DNA of 64,000 nucleotides from an uncultured Acidobacteriota bacterium (GTDB lineage Bacteria; Acidobacteriota; Thermoanaerobaculia; Multivoradales; UBA5704). The stretch spans positions 3,552,001 to 3,616,000 of the forward strand of contig CAVYRF010000002.1 of NCBI GenBank assembly GCA_963770895.1, given 5' to 3'. Positions 1 to 25,866 of this stretch are shown in pieces. A program made the translations under genes and the position numbers. The notes below the pieces were generated by a model, which saw nothing but the letters and a program-made list of their open reading frames with translations, did not search any database and had not been told where the DNA came from. Every line of letters begins with the position of its first letter. Position 1 is the stretch's first letter.

Positions 1-1
1 C

Positions 2-16096
<16,095 letters not shown>

Positions 16097-16120
16097 GCGG
16101 CGGCGCGTTTCCTGGCTCGA

Positions 16121-16151
16121 CCCGCGGGGGGCGGGAGCGCCCCCCGGCGGG
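16121..16151. terminator. GC hairpin between convergent genes, possible terminator
   Basis: GGGGGGCG-ggag-CGCCCCCC stem flanked by CCCGC/GCGGG, just after the NRPS stop; no clear U-tract. Confidence 0.35.
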
Positions 16152-16169
16152 GTGAGGGTCCAGCCGCCG

Positions 16170-16910
16170 CTATTGATTGGCGAACTGGAACTGCACGTAG
16201 TCCACCGTCGTGGCGCCGCTGCCGCTGCCGTTGGCGTCGTAGACCGCCACGATCCACTGGCCCGGGGCGGCGCCCGGCACCGGCACGACGACGTTGCCGC
16301 CCGGCGAGATCGTGTAGGTCGCGGGGCCTGGCAGGGGCTGCAGCGCGTCGATCAGCTTGGCGTTGGAACGGTTCAGCTGATCGAGGGGAAAGGGCGAGCC
16401 GACCAGCGCATAGCGGACGTTGCTGACGACGAGCGCGTTGGTGCCGATGGCGAAGTCGTTGGCAAACTCCAGGCCGAGACCGTTGGGTTCGGTTCCCGTT
16501 TCCTGGATGATGCTGCCGGGGAGCTGGTTGCCGGCGGCGTCCGTCCAATAGAGGTTGACGATGCCGGTGGGGTTTGCCGTGCACCAGCCGACGTGAACCA
16601 GCACGCCGGGGTTGATCGGCGAGTTGGCCTGGTTGAGGTTCTGCCAGTGCAGCAGGGTGTTGGCGCCTTGGAAGACGGCGCTGAAGTCGCTGAAGATGCC
16701 GGCCGAAGTGGCGGTGCCGATCGGGCCGGGAGCGAAACCGTTGAACAGGTGGGTGAGAAACTGGTTGCCGGTGATCACGAAGGCGATGTCGAAGGCGGGA
16801 ACCGTTCCCACGTTGGTGAAATCCTTGTTGATGCAGTAATCGGCGAAGGCGGCGGTGGATCCGGTGGTGAGGCAGAGCAGGGTGAGCGCGACCACGATGC
16901 TGCGTTTCAT
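16170..16910 (-). CDS. Secreted hypothetical beta-rich protein (246 aa)
   Basis: MKRSIVVALTLLCLTTGSTAAFA signal peptide; Asn/Gly/Thr-rich mature part; own promoter upstream. Confidence 0.8.
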   Translation of the reverse strand: MKRSIVVALTLLCLTTGSTAAFADYCINKDFTNVGTVPAFDIAFVITGNQFLTHLFNGFAPGPIGTATSAGIFSDFSAVFQGANTLLHWQNLNQANSPINPGVLVHVGWCTANPTGIVNLYWTDAAGNQLPGSIIQETGTEPNGLGLEFANDFAIGTNALVVSNVRYALVGSPFPLDQLNRSNAKLIDALQPLPGPATYTISPGGNVVVPVPGAAPGQWIVAVYDANGSGSGATTVDYVQFQFANQ

Positions 16911-17002
16911 GACATGTCCCCCATTGTGAGATACGACCGTTGCGTCATCGACCGGCCGCGGGTGGAAGCCGCCCGGTCCAGATCTACGGTTCAGCACAAT
17001 CG

Positions 17003-17031
17003 AGAATAGTAGTGACTTAGAGACATGTCAA
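17003..17031 (-). promoter_or_regulatory. Sigma70-type promoter for 16170..16910
   Basis: Minus strand TTGACA-17 nt-TATTCT in an AT-rich intergenic patch. Confidence 0.65.
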
Positions 17032-17212
17032 TAGCGTAAACACTCCTATTCCGTATGCGGACAGGTGACGGCGGCGTGGCAGTCCTACGAAGGGCTTGTT
17101 TGCAGCGGAAAGCGGCGGCCCTGCCCGAAGTGGGGGCGGCCGCCGCGGCCGGCGATCTCGACGAACGTCGTGATGCGGCCGCGGCGGGTCAGGTCGGTGC
17201 GGCGCGCGCGGC

Positions 17213-18568
17213 TCAGGGCGCCGGCTGTTTGGCGGTGCTGGCGGTCGGCGCCGGCGCCGGCTTGGGGCGGTTGCGGTAGCGGTCGTACAGCTCCCGCTGG
17301 CGCTCGTGGGCCAGGTCGATTTCCTGGCCGGCGATCCAGACGCGTTCGATGTGGGTGACGATCTCCAGCGGATCGCCGTCGGTGAGCAGGATGCTGGCTT
17401 CCTTGCCGGGTTCGAGCGAGCCGATGCGGTCGGCGACCCCCAGGATTTCTGCGGCGGTGAGCGTCACGGCGCGCAGGGCCGTCTCCTTGGGCAGGCCGTA
17501 GGCCGCCGCCATGGCGGCGTGGAACGGCAGGTTGCGGGCCTGCGAGGCGTCGGCGCCGGCGCCGATCGCCACCTTGACGCCCGCCTTGTGCAGGATGCCG
17601 GCCGCGGCGTAGGCGGCGTCGTAGGGCTCCCAGCGCCGCGACGGCAGCTCCAGCACGCCGGTCACGACGACCGGGATCTTGTCCTTGGCCAGCCGGTCGG
17701 CCAGGTACTGCGCGTCGGGGCCGGCCACCAGCACCAGGTTGGTCAGCTTTTCGCGCTTCGCCCAGTCGAGGGCGCTTTCGATCTGCGGCTTCTCGTCGGC
17801 GTGGATGTAGAGCGGCAGCTTGCCGTCGAGCACCGGACGCAGCGCTTCGTAGCGCGGATCGACGTCCAGCGCCGGCGCCTTGCCGGCATCGGCGGCGGTG
17901 CGCGCGGTGCGGTAGGAGCGGGCGGCGTCGAAGATGTCCTGCAGGGCCTTGAGCGCCTTTTCGCGCTGCTTTTGGAACTCTTCGTCCGAGACGTGCGAAA
18001 AGAAGGCGCGCAGCGACTGGGTCTGCCTGGGATAGGTGAGGTGCATGCCGACCGGCGCGCGCAGCGTCATGTCTTCCAGGTTCCAGCCGTGGAGGCGCAT
18101 CACCGCCGAGGTGCCGTTGAGGACGCCGCCGCCGGGCTCGATCTCGGCGTACAGCACGCCGCCGGCAACGGCCGGGCCGATGAGGATCGAGTCGGCGTTG
18201 AACGCCACCTGGGCGCGGATGTTGGCGTTGTCGTCGCCGGTTTCGACCAGGTCGGTCGAACCGTTGACGCTTTCGATGCCGCGCAGGCCCAGGCGCGACG
18301 TCGGGTCGACGAAGCCGGGGTAGAGGTGCTTGCCGTTGCACTGGATCTGGCGCGCCGCCGCCGGCACCGCCACTTCGCCGGCGCGGCCGACGGCGACGAT
18401 GCGGCCGCCGTCGGCGACGACGACGCCGTTGTCGATGGCGGGTCCGCTCACCGGATGGACGGTGGCGCCGACCCAGGCGACCACCTGGGCGCGCGCCGCG
18501 GCGGCCGGCGCGGCCAGCAGCAGGGCGGTCAGGGCAAAACGGTGGACGGCGCGGTTCCCGGCTCTCAT
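17213..18568 (-). CDS. Secreted amidohydrolase-fold protein lacking the HxH metal motif
   Basis: Signal peptide; YPGFVDPTS in place of PGxIDxHxH; C-terminal GSLEPGKEA...GDPL; TGATG overlap with the upstream gene. Confidence 0.85.
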   Translation of the reverse strand: MRAGNRAVHRFALTALLLAAPAAAARAQVVAWVGATVHPVSGPAIDNGVVVADGGRIVAVGRAGEVAVPAAARQIQCNGKHLYPGFVDPTSRLGLRGIESVNGSTDLVETGDDNANIRAQVAFNADSILIGPAVAGGVLYAEIEPGGGVLNGTSAVMRLHGWNLEDMTLRAPVGMHLTYPRQTQSLRAFFSHVSDEEFQKQREKALKALQDIFDAARSYRTARTAADAGKAPALDVDPRYEALRPVLDGKLPLYIHADEKPQIESALDWAKREKLTNLVLVAGPDAQYLADRLAKDKIPVVVTGVLELPSRRWEPYDAAYAAAGILHKAGVKVAIGAGADASQARNLPFHAAMAAAYGLPKETALRAVTLTAAEILGVADRIGSLEPGKEASILLTDGDPLEIVTHIERVWIAGQEIDLAHERQRELYDRYRNRPKPAPAPTASTAKQPAP

Positions 18569-20115
18569 CACGGCTTCTCCCCCGCGCCTGCCAAGAGGGC
18601 GCTGTCGTCGGCGTACGGATACTCTTCGGAATCCTCGTTGGAGTCCCACAGGATGTAGCTCGGCGGCTTGTCCGGGGCGTCCTTGTCGTCGCTGGCTTCG
18701 GCCTTGTCCTTGTCCTTGCTCTTGTCCTTACCCTTGCTCTTGCCGTCGCCGTCGCGCTTGCCGTCGGCCTTCACCTTGGCGACCAGCGCGGCGCGCTCGC
18801 GTGCCAGCTCGTCGCGATGCTTGAGGTCGTCGGCGCGGTCGAAGTACTTGCGGCCGTCGATCCAGGTCTGCTCGGCCAGCGAGTAGGTCGACAGCGGGCT
18901 GCCCGACCAGATGACAAAGTCGGCGTCCTTGCCCGGTTCGAGCGAGCCGATGCGGTTGTCGACGTGGAACTGCTTGGCGGAGTTGATGGTGACGAACTTG
19001 AGCGCTTCGGTTTCGGGGACGTTGCCGTAGCGCACCGCCTTGGCCGCCTCCAGGTTGAGCCGGCGCGCCAGCTCGTTGGAGTCGGAGTTGAACGTGGTGA
19101 CGACGCCGCGCTGCCACATGACGGCGCCGTTGTAGGGGATGGCGTCCAGCGCCTCGTCCTTGTAGGCCCACCAGTCGCTGAAGGTGCTGCCGCCGGCGCC
19201 GTGCGCCGCGATCTCGTCGGCGACCTTGTAGCCTTCGAGGACGTGTTGCAGCGTCGCGATGCGGAAGCCGAACTGTTCGGCCAGCCGCAGCAGCATGATG
19301 ATCTCGTCGGCGCGGTAGCAGTGGGAGTGCACCAGGCGCGTGCCGTTGAGGATCTCCACCACCGCTTCCAGCTGCAGGTCGCGGCGCGGCGGCACCTTGT
19401 CGGCGCGCGGGTCCTTGCGGTATTCGGCCCAGCGCCGCTCGTAGTCGCGCGCCGCCAGGAACGTCTCGCGGATGACCTGCTCGACGCCCTGGCGCGTCTG
19501 GGGATAGCGCCGGTGCGCGTCGTCGGCCAGCTCCCAGTTGCTCTGCTTGGGGTTCTCGCCCAGCGCGAACTTGATGCCCTGCGGCGCGCCGAAGAACAGG
19601 TCTTCCGGCGGCGCCCCCCAGCGCAGCTTGACCACCGCGTTCTGGCCGCCGATGGCGTTGGCCGAACCGTGCAGCAGGTTGACCGTGGTGACGCCGCCCG
19701 CCAGCTCGCGGTAGATGGCGATCGATTCGGCGTTGACCACGTCTTCGATGCGCACTTCGGCGGTGACGATGTCAGTGCCTTCGTTGACGTTGCCGACGAT
19801 GTCCGAGTGCGAATGCGGATCGAAGATGCCGGGGCTGACGTGCTTGCCGGTGGCGTCGATCTCGACGGCGCCCGCGGGCACCGCCAGGTGGGCGCCGACG
19901 GCGGCGATCTTGCCCTTTTTGATCAGCAGGTCGGCGTCTTCGAGCTTGCCCTGCGGACCGCTGGTCCAGATCGTCGCGTGCCGCACCACCAGCACGTCGG
20001 GTTGCGCCGGTTGGGCGTTCTTCCAGCCGTCGAAGTCGCTGCCGGCGGCGAGCGGCGCCGCGGCGCAGCACAGCAGCGACGCGGCCAGCAAAAGGCGGGT
20101 GCAGAGCGATCTCAT
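18568..20115 (-). CDS. Secreted metal-dependent amidohydrolase
   Basis: Start MRSLCTRLL at 20115 (ATGA overlap); PGIFDPHSH, HSHCYRADE, QHVLEGY, NSDS and GSLEPGKDAD motifs. Confidence 0.9.
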   Translation of the reverse strand: MRSLCTRLLLAASLLCCAAAPLAAGSDFDGWKNAQPAQPDVLVVRHATIWTSGPQGKLEDADLLIKKGKIAAVGAHLAVPAGAVEIDATGKHVSPGIFDPHSHSDIVGNVNEGTDIVTAEVRIEDVVNAESIAIYRELAGGVTTVNLLHGSANAIGGQNAVVKLRWGAPPEDLFFGAPQGIKFALGENPKQSNWELADDAHRRYPQTRQGVEQVIRETFLAARDYERRWAEYRKDPRADKVPPRRDLQLEAVVEILNGTRLVHSHCYRADEIIMLLRLAEQFGFRIATLQHVLEGYKVADEIAAHGAGGSTFSDWWAYKDEALDAIPYNGAVMWQRGVVTTFNSDSNELARRLNLEAAKAVRYGNVPETEALKFVTINSAKQFHVDNRIGSLEPGKDADFVIWSGSPLSTYSLAEQTWIDGRKYFDRADDLKHRDELARERAALVAKVKADGKRDGDGKSKGKDKSKDKDKAEASDDKDAPDKPPSYILWDSNEDSEEYPYADDSALLAGAGEKP

Positions 20116-21776
20116 GGCGTCACCTCCAGCGCCGTGGCGCCGCTTTTTGAGGGGGGAGCCGCGGCGGCGGGTTTGGCGCTGCGCGTCGCCTCGATGGTGA
20201 AGCTGCCGCGCGGCCCGGAGCCGCTGCCGGTGGCATGGTCGCCCTCGATGTCGATCGACAGCGAAAAGGTGCCGGCGATGCCGAAGCCGCCGCCGTCGAA
20301 ATCCGCGTTCAGCGTGCTGCCCGAGATCTCCACCGACTGCAGCGTCGCCTTCTTGCCCATCAGTTCGATGTTGCCGGTGAGCTTGCCGGCCTTGCCGGCG
20401 ATTTCCATCGTCACCGTTTCCTCCATGCCCTCGGCGGCCTTGACCGTCATCTCCCAGGTGCCCGCCGGTTCCACCTCGACGGCGCCCGGCTTCGCCTCGT
20501 GGGTTTCGACCTTGTAGCGGTTGCCGTCCACCCAGACCTCGCGCAGCTTCGGCTTGGCGACGAACAGGTCGCCTTCGACGACGACCAGGTTGGCGATCTT
20601 GCCGGTTTCGATCGTGCCGAGCCGCCCGGACAGCCCGAGCAGCTGGGCCGGCGTGGTGGTCAGCGCCGCCAGCGCCTGCTCGGGGCGCAGGCCGCGCCGG
20701 ATCGCCAGCGCCAGGTTTTCGTACAGCTTCCTGGGGTCGTCCAGGCGATAGGTGGTGAAGGCCACCGGCAGCCCGGTGCCGAGCAGCAGCCGCGGGTTGT
20801 CGGGCGCCGCGTCCCAATGGCGCAGCGCTTCGAGGTCGGTCGTGGCATCGCCGTCGCCTTCGACCTTGGGCGCCTTGGGGAACGCCAGCGGCAGGATGTG
20901 GGTGAGACCGGTCCGCCGTACCGAGTCGAGGCGCTTGTACTCTTCGCCGTTGCCGACCACCATGGCGCGCAGCTTGAGCTCCCGCACCACCTTGGCGACG
21001 CGCAGGGTGTCCAGCACGTCTTCGGTTTCGAACACGATCAGGTCGCCGCCGCTGGCGACCCGCGCCAGCGTCGCCAGGGCGGGTTCCGCCGCCGGCCGCT
21101 CCTGCGCCGGGTTGCTGGCGTAGGCCGCCTGCGCCCTGCCGTACCAGGCGGCGTCGAGCATCGTCTGGCGGAAGAGCGCGATGGCGCCCATCGTCGACAC
21201 CGGGTAGGCGCCGCCGCCCGCTTCGCGCCGGCCGGCCGCCTTGAGCTGCGCGTGCTGGGCCACTCCCTGCCGCAGCAGGCTCTGCGCTTCGGCCCCGTCG
21301 CCCAGTTCCACCACGACGCTCGCGCCGCGCAGGATGCCGTCCTTGGGCGCCACCAGCGCCGCGCCGAAGCCGGCGTCGCGCAGCCGCTTGGCCGCCGCGT
21401 CGTCCACCGCCCAGGCGGTCATGTCGCGCTCGGGGTGGAGCTGGCCGTTGGGGAGGACGCCTTCGGGCTTTTTGTCGTCCTTCGCCTGCGGCCAGGCGCG
21501 GACGCTGTACGCCTCCACCAGGCCGGGGTAGATCGTCTTGCCCTTGACGTCCCAGACGTGCGCATCGGCCGGCACGTCGACCTTGGCGCCGACCGCCGCG
21601 ATCACGCCGTCGCGCACCACCACCGTGCCGGATTCGATCACCTTGCCGGGAGCCACCACGATCCGCCCGCCGACCAGGGCGTGTACGCGGGGCGGCTTGG
21701 CCCCATGCGCGCCGGCGGCGACCAGGAACCCGGCGCAGGCGGCCCCGACGACCCACACTTGCCACAGTTTTCGCAT
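20112..21776 (-). CDS. Secreted amidohydrolase-fold protein lacking HxH, with an extra C-terminal beta domain
   Basis: Signal peptide; IYPGLVEAYS; GTIETGKIANLVV; AGTWEMTV C-terminal extension. Confidence 0.85.
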   Translation of the reverse strand: MRKLWQVWVVGAACAGFLVAAGAHGAKPPRVHALVGGRIVVAPGKVIESGTVVVRDGVIAAVGAKVDVPADAHVWDVKGKTIYPGLVEAYSVRAWPQAKDDKKPEGVLPNGQLHPERDMTAWAVDDAAAKRLRDAGFGAALVAPKDGILRGASVVVELGDGAEAQSLLRQGVAQHAQLKAAGRREAGGGAYPVSTMGAIALFRQTMLDAAWYGRAQAAYASNPAQERPAAEPALATLARVASGGDLIVFETEDVLDTLRVAKVVRELKLRAMVVGNGEEYKRLDSVRRTGLTHILPLAFPKAPKVEGDGDATTDLEALRHWDAAPDNPRLLLGTGLPVAFTTYRLDDPRKLYENLALAIRRGLRPEQALAALTTTPAQLLGLSGRLGTIETGKIANLVVVEGDLFVAKPKLREVWVDGNRYKVETHEAKPGAVEVEPAGTWEMTVKAAEGMEETVTMEIAGKAGKLTGNIELMGKKATLQSVEISGSTLNADFDGGGFGIAGTFSLSIDIEGDHATGSGSGPRGSFTIEATRSAKPAAAAPPSKSGATALEVTP

Positions 21777-21905
21777 GACACCTTCCCTTGGGAATGGAAC
21801 GCTTTGCAGCCCAATACGCTACGCCGGGCCAGAAGTTCCCGGCCGGGGGCCGTCGCCCCGGCGCAGAGCGGCAACCCCCCGAGGGGGCCAGCCGCGCGGC
21901 GCCCC

Positions 21906-22280
21906 TCAGGCGCCCGGCAGCCTGCGGCTGGCCGGGCGGAGCGCCCACGACCCGACCACGATCGCGACCAGGATCAGCGGCACCACGATATGGCGCACGT
22001 CGTCGCCTGACGCGATGTGCGATGCCGAGGCGCCGGTCAGATCGAAGACGATCCCCGCGTAAGCCCACTCCTTGAGCAGGGCGAAGCCCGGAGCCAGGAT
22101 CGCCAGAGCGCCCAGCAGCTTCCAGGCCCCCAGGATGACTCCGAAATACACCGGATATCCCAGGTGCGTCATACCCTCGACCGCCCCCGGCATGCGCATC
22201 ACGTCGACGATGCCGCCCGAAAGGCACGCCAGCGCGATCAGGATGGTACAGATCCAGTAGCCCACGGTTCTTCCGTTCAT
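21906..22280 (-). CDS. DoxX-like family membrane protein
   Basis: MNGRTVGYWICT...HLGYPVYFGVILGAWKLLG...LKEWAYAG pattern; four hydrophobic segments. Confidence 0.88.
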   Translation of the reverse strand: MNGRTVGYWICTILIALACLSGGIVDVMRMPGAVEGMTHLGYPVYFGVILGAWKLLGALAILAPGFALLKEWAYAGIVFDLTGASASHIASGDDVRHIVVPLILVAIVVGSWALRPASRRLPGA

Positions 22281-22296
22281 CTCCCTTGCCTTTCGC

Positions 22297-23058
22297 TCAA
22301 TCGGCCCCCTCGCGGCTGCCGGCGCCGCAGCGCTGGCGCAGCCAGTCAGAAACCTTGGAAAGCGGCGCCGGCGGCCCGCCGCCGATGCGGTACGCCACCT
22401 GGGCGCGCACGTTGTCGGTGCGCAGACCGACCGGTCCGTCAAAGCCCTGGATCGTCGCCGGCACCTGGCCTTCCCAGGCGATCGCGCCGTCGGCCCACAC
22501 CCGCAGCTCCCGGCCGACCAGCTCGGCGCGCAGGTCGTGGCTGGAACCGGCAGCGACCGGTGGCGGCGACGCCGCAGCGGCACCCCCAGGGCGGCGGCGC
22601 TGGGACTCCGGCTTGAGGTTGGTATAGCCGTGCGTGCCGCACTCGGCGTGCGTGCGCTGGCCGGGATTGCTCTTGACCGACACCACGATCTGGTCGCGCG
22701 GCTCGATCCGCCACATCACGTACAGCAGGTTGCAGCTGTCCTGCGCCCGCAGCTTGAGCCCGATCTGCCGCCGGATCTCGCCCGACCCCAGCGCCTTGGT
22801 CTGGACCGACGGTCCCAGATACGTGAACCGCATCTGCGCCGCCTGCGTCGAGTCGGCAAGGACCACCGCGCGGACCTCGGGCTCGTCGATGCCCAGCCGG
22901 TGATCCGCCAGCTGCGTCACCTCGCCCGTCGTCACGCACAGATCCTTGCGCTCGATCGTGCGCACCGCGCCGGACGCCGTTTCGGCGAGCCCCGTGGCCG
23001 CCAGCAACCAAGCCGCAATCAGCGCTGGTCTGCGATGTCTATGAGGTGCCTTTTTCAA
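22297..23058 (-). CDS. Secreted hypothetical protein, possibly a ConA/lectin-like beta sandwich (start uncertain, TTG)
   Basis: Signal-like ALIAAWLLAATGLAETASG; ELRVWADG...GPVGLRTDN resembles DUF1080-like folds; GGAGG upstream. Confidence 0.6.
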   Translation of the reverse strand: MKKAPHRHRRPALIAAWLLAATGLAETASGAVRTIERKDLCVTTGEVTQLADHRLGIDEPEVRAVVLADSTQAAQMRFTYLGPSVQTKALGSGEIRRQIGLKLRAQDSCNLLYVMWRIEPRDQIVVSVKSNPGQRTHAECGTHGYTNLKPESQRRRPGGAAAASPPPVAAGSSHDLRAELVGRELRVWADGAIAWEGQVPATIQGFDGPVGLRTDNVRAQVAYRIGGGPPAPLSKVSDWLRQRCGAGSREGAD

Positions 23059-23230
23059 GGGTCCTCGACCTCCCTGGAGTGGCCAGATGCCTTTGTCGAA
23101 GTTCTCTTTGGCAGATCCGACGGCTGCCTCATCCTCGCACGAGTTGTTGGCCCGCGCTTTGCTGTGTTTGGACATATTGGTCTGATGGAGCGTACATACT
23201 GGCAGACAAACGATGTGAAGGGAGGCTGAC

Positions 23231-25231
23231 ATGGGATTCAAGGTGCGGCGACTGCGTGCGATGGGGAAGCGGGGAGGGAGCACTTCGGTGGCGGGGCGGG
23301 GCCTGGCGGTGGTGGGACTGGTGATCGTGTTGGGGGTGCTGGCGGTGGGGCGGCCGGCGGCGGCGGGGGCCAGCTGGCAGGCGATAGGACCGAGCGGTGG
23401 GAGCGCTGCGTTGACGATCGATCCGTCGACGCCGGCGACCTTGTATGCGTCGACCGACACGCGTCTTTTCAAGACGGTGGACGGCGGGCAGACGTGGTTC
23501 CCCAGCGACGCCGGGATCGCCCCTTCGTCGTTTGTCGGCACGGTGACGGTCGATCCGGCGGCGACATCGACGATCTATGTCGTCACCGGCTCCGGGGTAT
23601 GGCGGAGCGCCGACGGCGGCGCTGATTGGAAGCGCTTGCGCGGCGCTCCCGCGAACGTGTCGTCGTTCGGCTTGATCGTCGACCCGGCGGCGCATCTGAC
23701 GCTGTATGTCGGCGCCGCCAACCAGGTGTGGAAGAGCGTCGACGGGGGGGTGACCTGGGCTCCGGCCGGCGCCGCGCTGCCGGCCAGCGCCAGCATCGAT
23801 ATCCTGGCGATCGATCCGCTGCGGCCGGCACTGCTGTATGCCGGCACCGACGTGGGGCTGTTCCGCAGCACCAACGGCGGCGCCACCTGGGTGGCCGCGC
23901 GCTCCGGCATCAGCTCGTCGCAGGCTGTGCTGTTTCTGACCGTCGACCCCTACGCGGAGGGTTTGCTGTGGACAGGCGTCCAGTCGGCCAACCCCGCCCT
24001 GGGCGGCATCTACGTGAGTCACAACAGCGGCGCCACCTGGCAGCGCGTGGCAGGGCTGAGCGACGACGCCTCTTGCCTCACGGTCTCGCCCGCCAAGGGG
24101 CATCCGCTGTATGCGTGCGACGACGGCGGCGTGGTGAAGTCGACCAACAGCGGCACCACCTGGCAGGCCATCAGCACGGGGCTCACCGCCGGTGACTTCG
24201 AGTCCGTCGTGGTGAACCCCGCCTCACCCAGCGTGCTTTACGCCGGCGCGGCCTCGACCGGCAGCCCCGCGGTGTTCAAGAGCGCAAACGGCGGCGCCTT
24301 GTGGCAGAGCTCCGGAGTGGGGATCTACGCCCAGACCATCACCGCCCTGGCCGCGGATCCGGCCGCCGCCGGAACGGTCTATGCCGGGACCCCTGGGTCG
24401 TCGGTGTTCAAAACGACGGACGACGGCGCCACCTGGAACAACGCCAATCCGGGCCTCAACGGCATCTCCATCCTGGCGCTGCTGGTCGACCCGGTGACCT
24501 CCACGACGGTCTACGCCGTCACCAACCGTGCCTTCTTCGCCTCCACCGACAGCGGTGCCAGCTGGGTGCGGCCCGGCGCGCGATTTGCGGCTGGCCGGCT
24601 GCTGGTTGCCGACCCTCAGGCCTCCGGAGTGCTCTATGCCACCAACGGCGCCCTGAGCCGTACGACGGACGGTGGCGCCGTGTGGACGCCGCTTGCCGCC
24701 GCGCCTTCCTTTGCCTCCCAGCTGGCGGTCGCCCCCTCGGACCCGGCTACCCTCTATGTCACCACGCTGGTGACCGTTGGCGAGTTCCCGATGTCGGCCC
24801 TGTACGTCAGCCATGACGGCGGAGCGACCTTTCTGCAGCTGCCCACCGTGTTCATCTTCGCGGTTGCCGTCACGGTCGATCCCGTCGATCCTTCCACTGT
24901 CTACGTCAGCACCGGAGCCACGCCCATCAGTGGCAGCGGCGCGGTCTATAAAAGCGTCGACGGCGGACAGACCTTCAGCGAGCTGACCGGCATCCCGCAG
25001 CTGGCGCAGCTGCTGATCGATCCCGCCAACCCCTCGGTGCTCTATGGCGCCACCGCCACCCTGCCCTCGGACGTGCTGGTCAGCCGCGACGCCGGCGCCA
25101 CCTGGGGCGAGCTGGCGCCCGGCCTCTCAGGCGCCCCCGTCGGACAGCTGGCCTTCGGCCCGCCGGGCACGCTGTACGCCGGGACCCAGGGCGCCAGCGT
25201 CTACCAGCTGGCGCTCGACCCGGCCCCGTAG
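23231..25231 (+). CDS. Secreted BNR/Asp-box repeat beta-propeller protein (VPS10/YCF48-like)
   Basis: More than ten (S/T)xDGGxTW-type repeats with DP...LYA motifs; signal peptide; GGAGG RBS at 23221. Confidence 0.9.
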   Translation: MGFKVRRLRAMGKRGGSTSVAGRGLAVVGLVIVLGVLAVGRPAAAGASWQAIGPSGGSAALTIDPSTPATLYASTDTRLFKTVDGGQTWFPSDAGIAPSSFVGTVTVDPAATSTIYVVTGSGVWRSADGGADWKRLRGAPANVSSFGLIVDPAAHLTLYVGAANQVWKSVDGGVTWAPAGAALPASASIDILAIDPLRPALLYAGTDVGLFRSTNGGATWVAARSGISSSQAVLFLTVDPYAEGLLWTGVQSANPALGGIYVSHNSGATWQRVAGLSDDASCLTVSPAKGHPLYACDDGGVVKSTNSGTTWQAISTGLTAGDFESVVVNPASPSVLYAGAASTGSPAVFKSANGGALWQSSGVGIYAQTITALAADPAAAGTVYAGTPGSSVFKTTDDGATWNNANPGLNGISILALLVDPVTSTTVYAVTNRAFFASTDSGASWVRPGARFAAGRLLVADPQASGVLYATNGALSRTTDGGAVWTPLAAAPSFASQLAVAPSDPATLYVTTLVTVGEFPMSALYVSHDGGATFLQLPTVFIFAVAVTVDPVDPSTVYVSTGATPISGSGAVYKSVDGGQTFSELTGIPQLAQLLIDPANPSVLYGATATLPSDVLVSRDAGATWGELAPGLSGAPVGQLAFGPPGTLYAGTQGASVYQLALDPAP

Positions 25232-25295
25232 GGGCACAAATGCGGGACGCGGACCTGCCGGGGCCGGGTCGGAACACGTCGGCACAGCCGCTTCG

Positions 25296-25685
25296 CTAGT
25301 TGACCAAGGCGAAGCGGCCGGGGCCGGTCAGCAGGAGGAGCAGGCACATGACGAGCAGCATCAGCTCGTAGTGCCAGCCGTCGGTGCCTTGCTTGCCCCA
25401 GAAGCCGGTCTTCCACACCATCGCCTTCTTCTGGATGGCGCCGAGCATGATGAGGATGAGGCCGCCGGCGGCGAGCTGGGTCAGCACCCCAAAGGCCAGA
25501 CCCAGCGCGCCCGCCAGCTCCGCGGCGCCCAGGAAGAGCGTGAAGCCCTTGCTCATGCCGATGCTCTGCGCCCGGCCCGCGGGGTCCTTCACGTGCTTCC
25601 AGCCGCTGGCGCCAAAGATCACTGCCGCCAGCAGCCGCATCGCCAACAGTCCAAAATCCGTGTACGCTGCCAATTGCGGAAACAT
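25296..25685 (-). CDS. DoxX family membrane protein
   Basis: GLLAMRLLAAVIFGASGWKH...AELAGALGLAFGVLT...GWHYEL...GPGRFAL. Confidence 0.88.
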   Translation of the reverse strand: MFPQLAAYTDFGLLAMRLLAAVIFGASGWKHVKDPAGRAQSIGMSKGFTLFLGAAELAGALGLAFGVLTQLAAGGLILIMLGAIQKKAMVWKTGFWGKQGTDGWHYELMLLVMCLLLLLTGPGRFALVN

Positions 25686-25866
25686 GATGCCTCCCTCCCT
25701 TGCGGCCGGGCGGCAGGCGCCGCCCCTCCACGGCCCGCGGGCTCCGGGACCAGTCCCGCCGCGCGGCGGCTGGATCATGACGCAATGATGGTGCCGATTC
25801 CCTGTTTTCGCGAGCAGCCGTCAACGGCTGCGACGTGGGCTGCGCGCCGGCGCGGCCGGAGGCACG

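Noticed and set aside
17051-17065. CCGTATGCGGACAGG resembles CCGTATCGTGCGGACAGG near 59443, both upstream of small secreted genes
   Set aside because: Short, gapped, only two copies and at different distances; chance cannot be excluded.
18568-22227. 1219-aa ORF suggesting a fused amidohydrolase
   Set aside because: The real start is at 20115 (signal peptide, ATGA overlap); the upstream part is an off-frame overlay of the 20112..21776 and DoxX genes.
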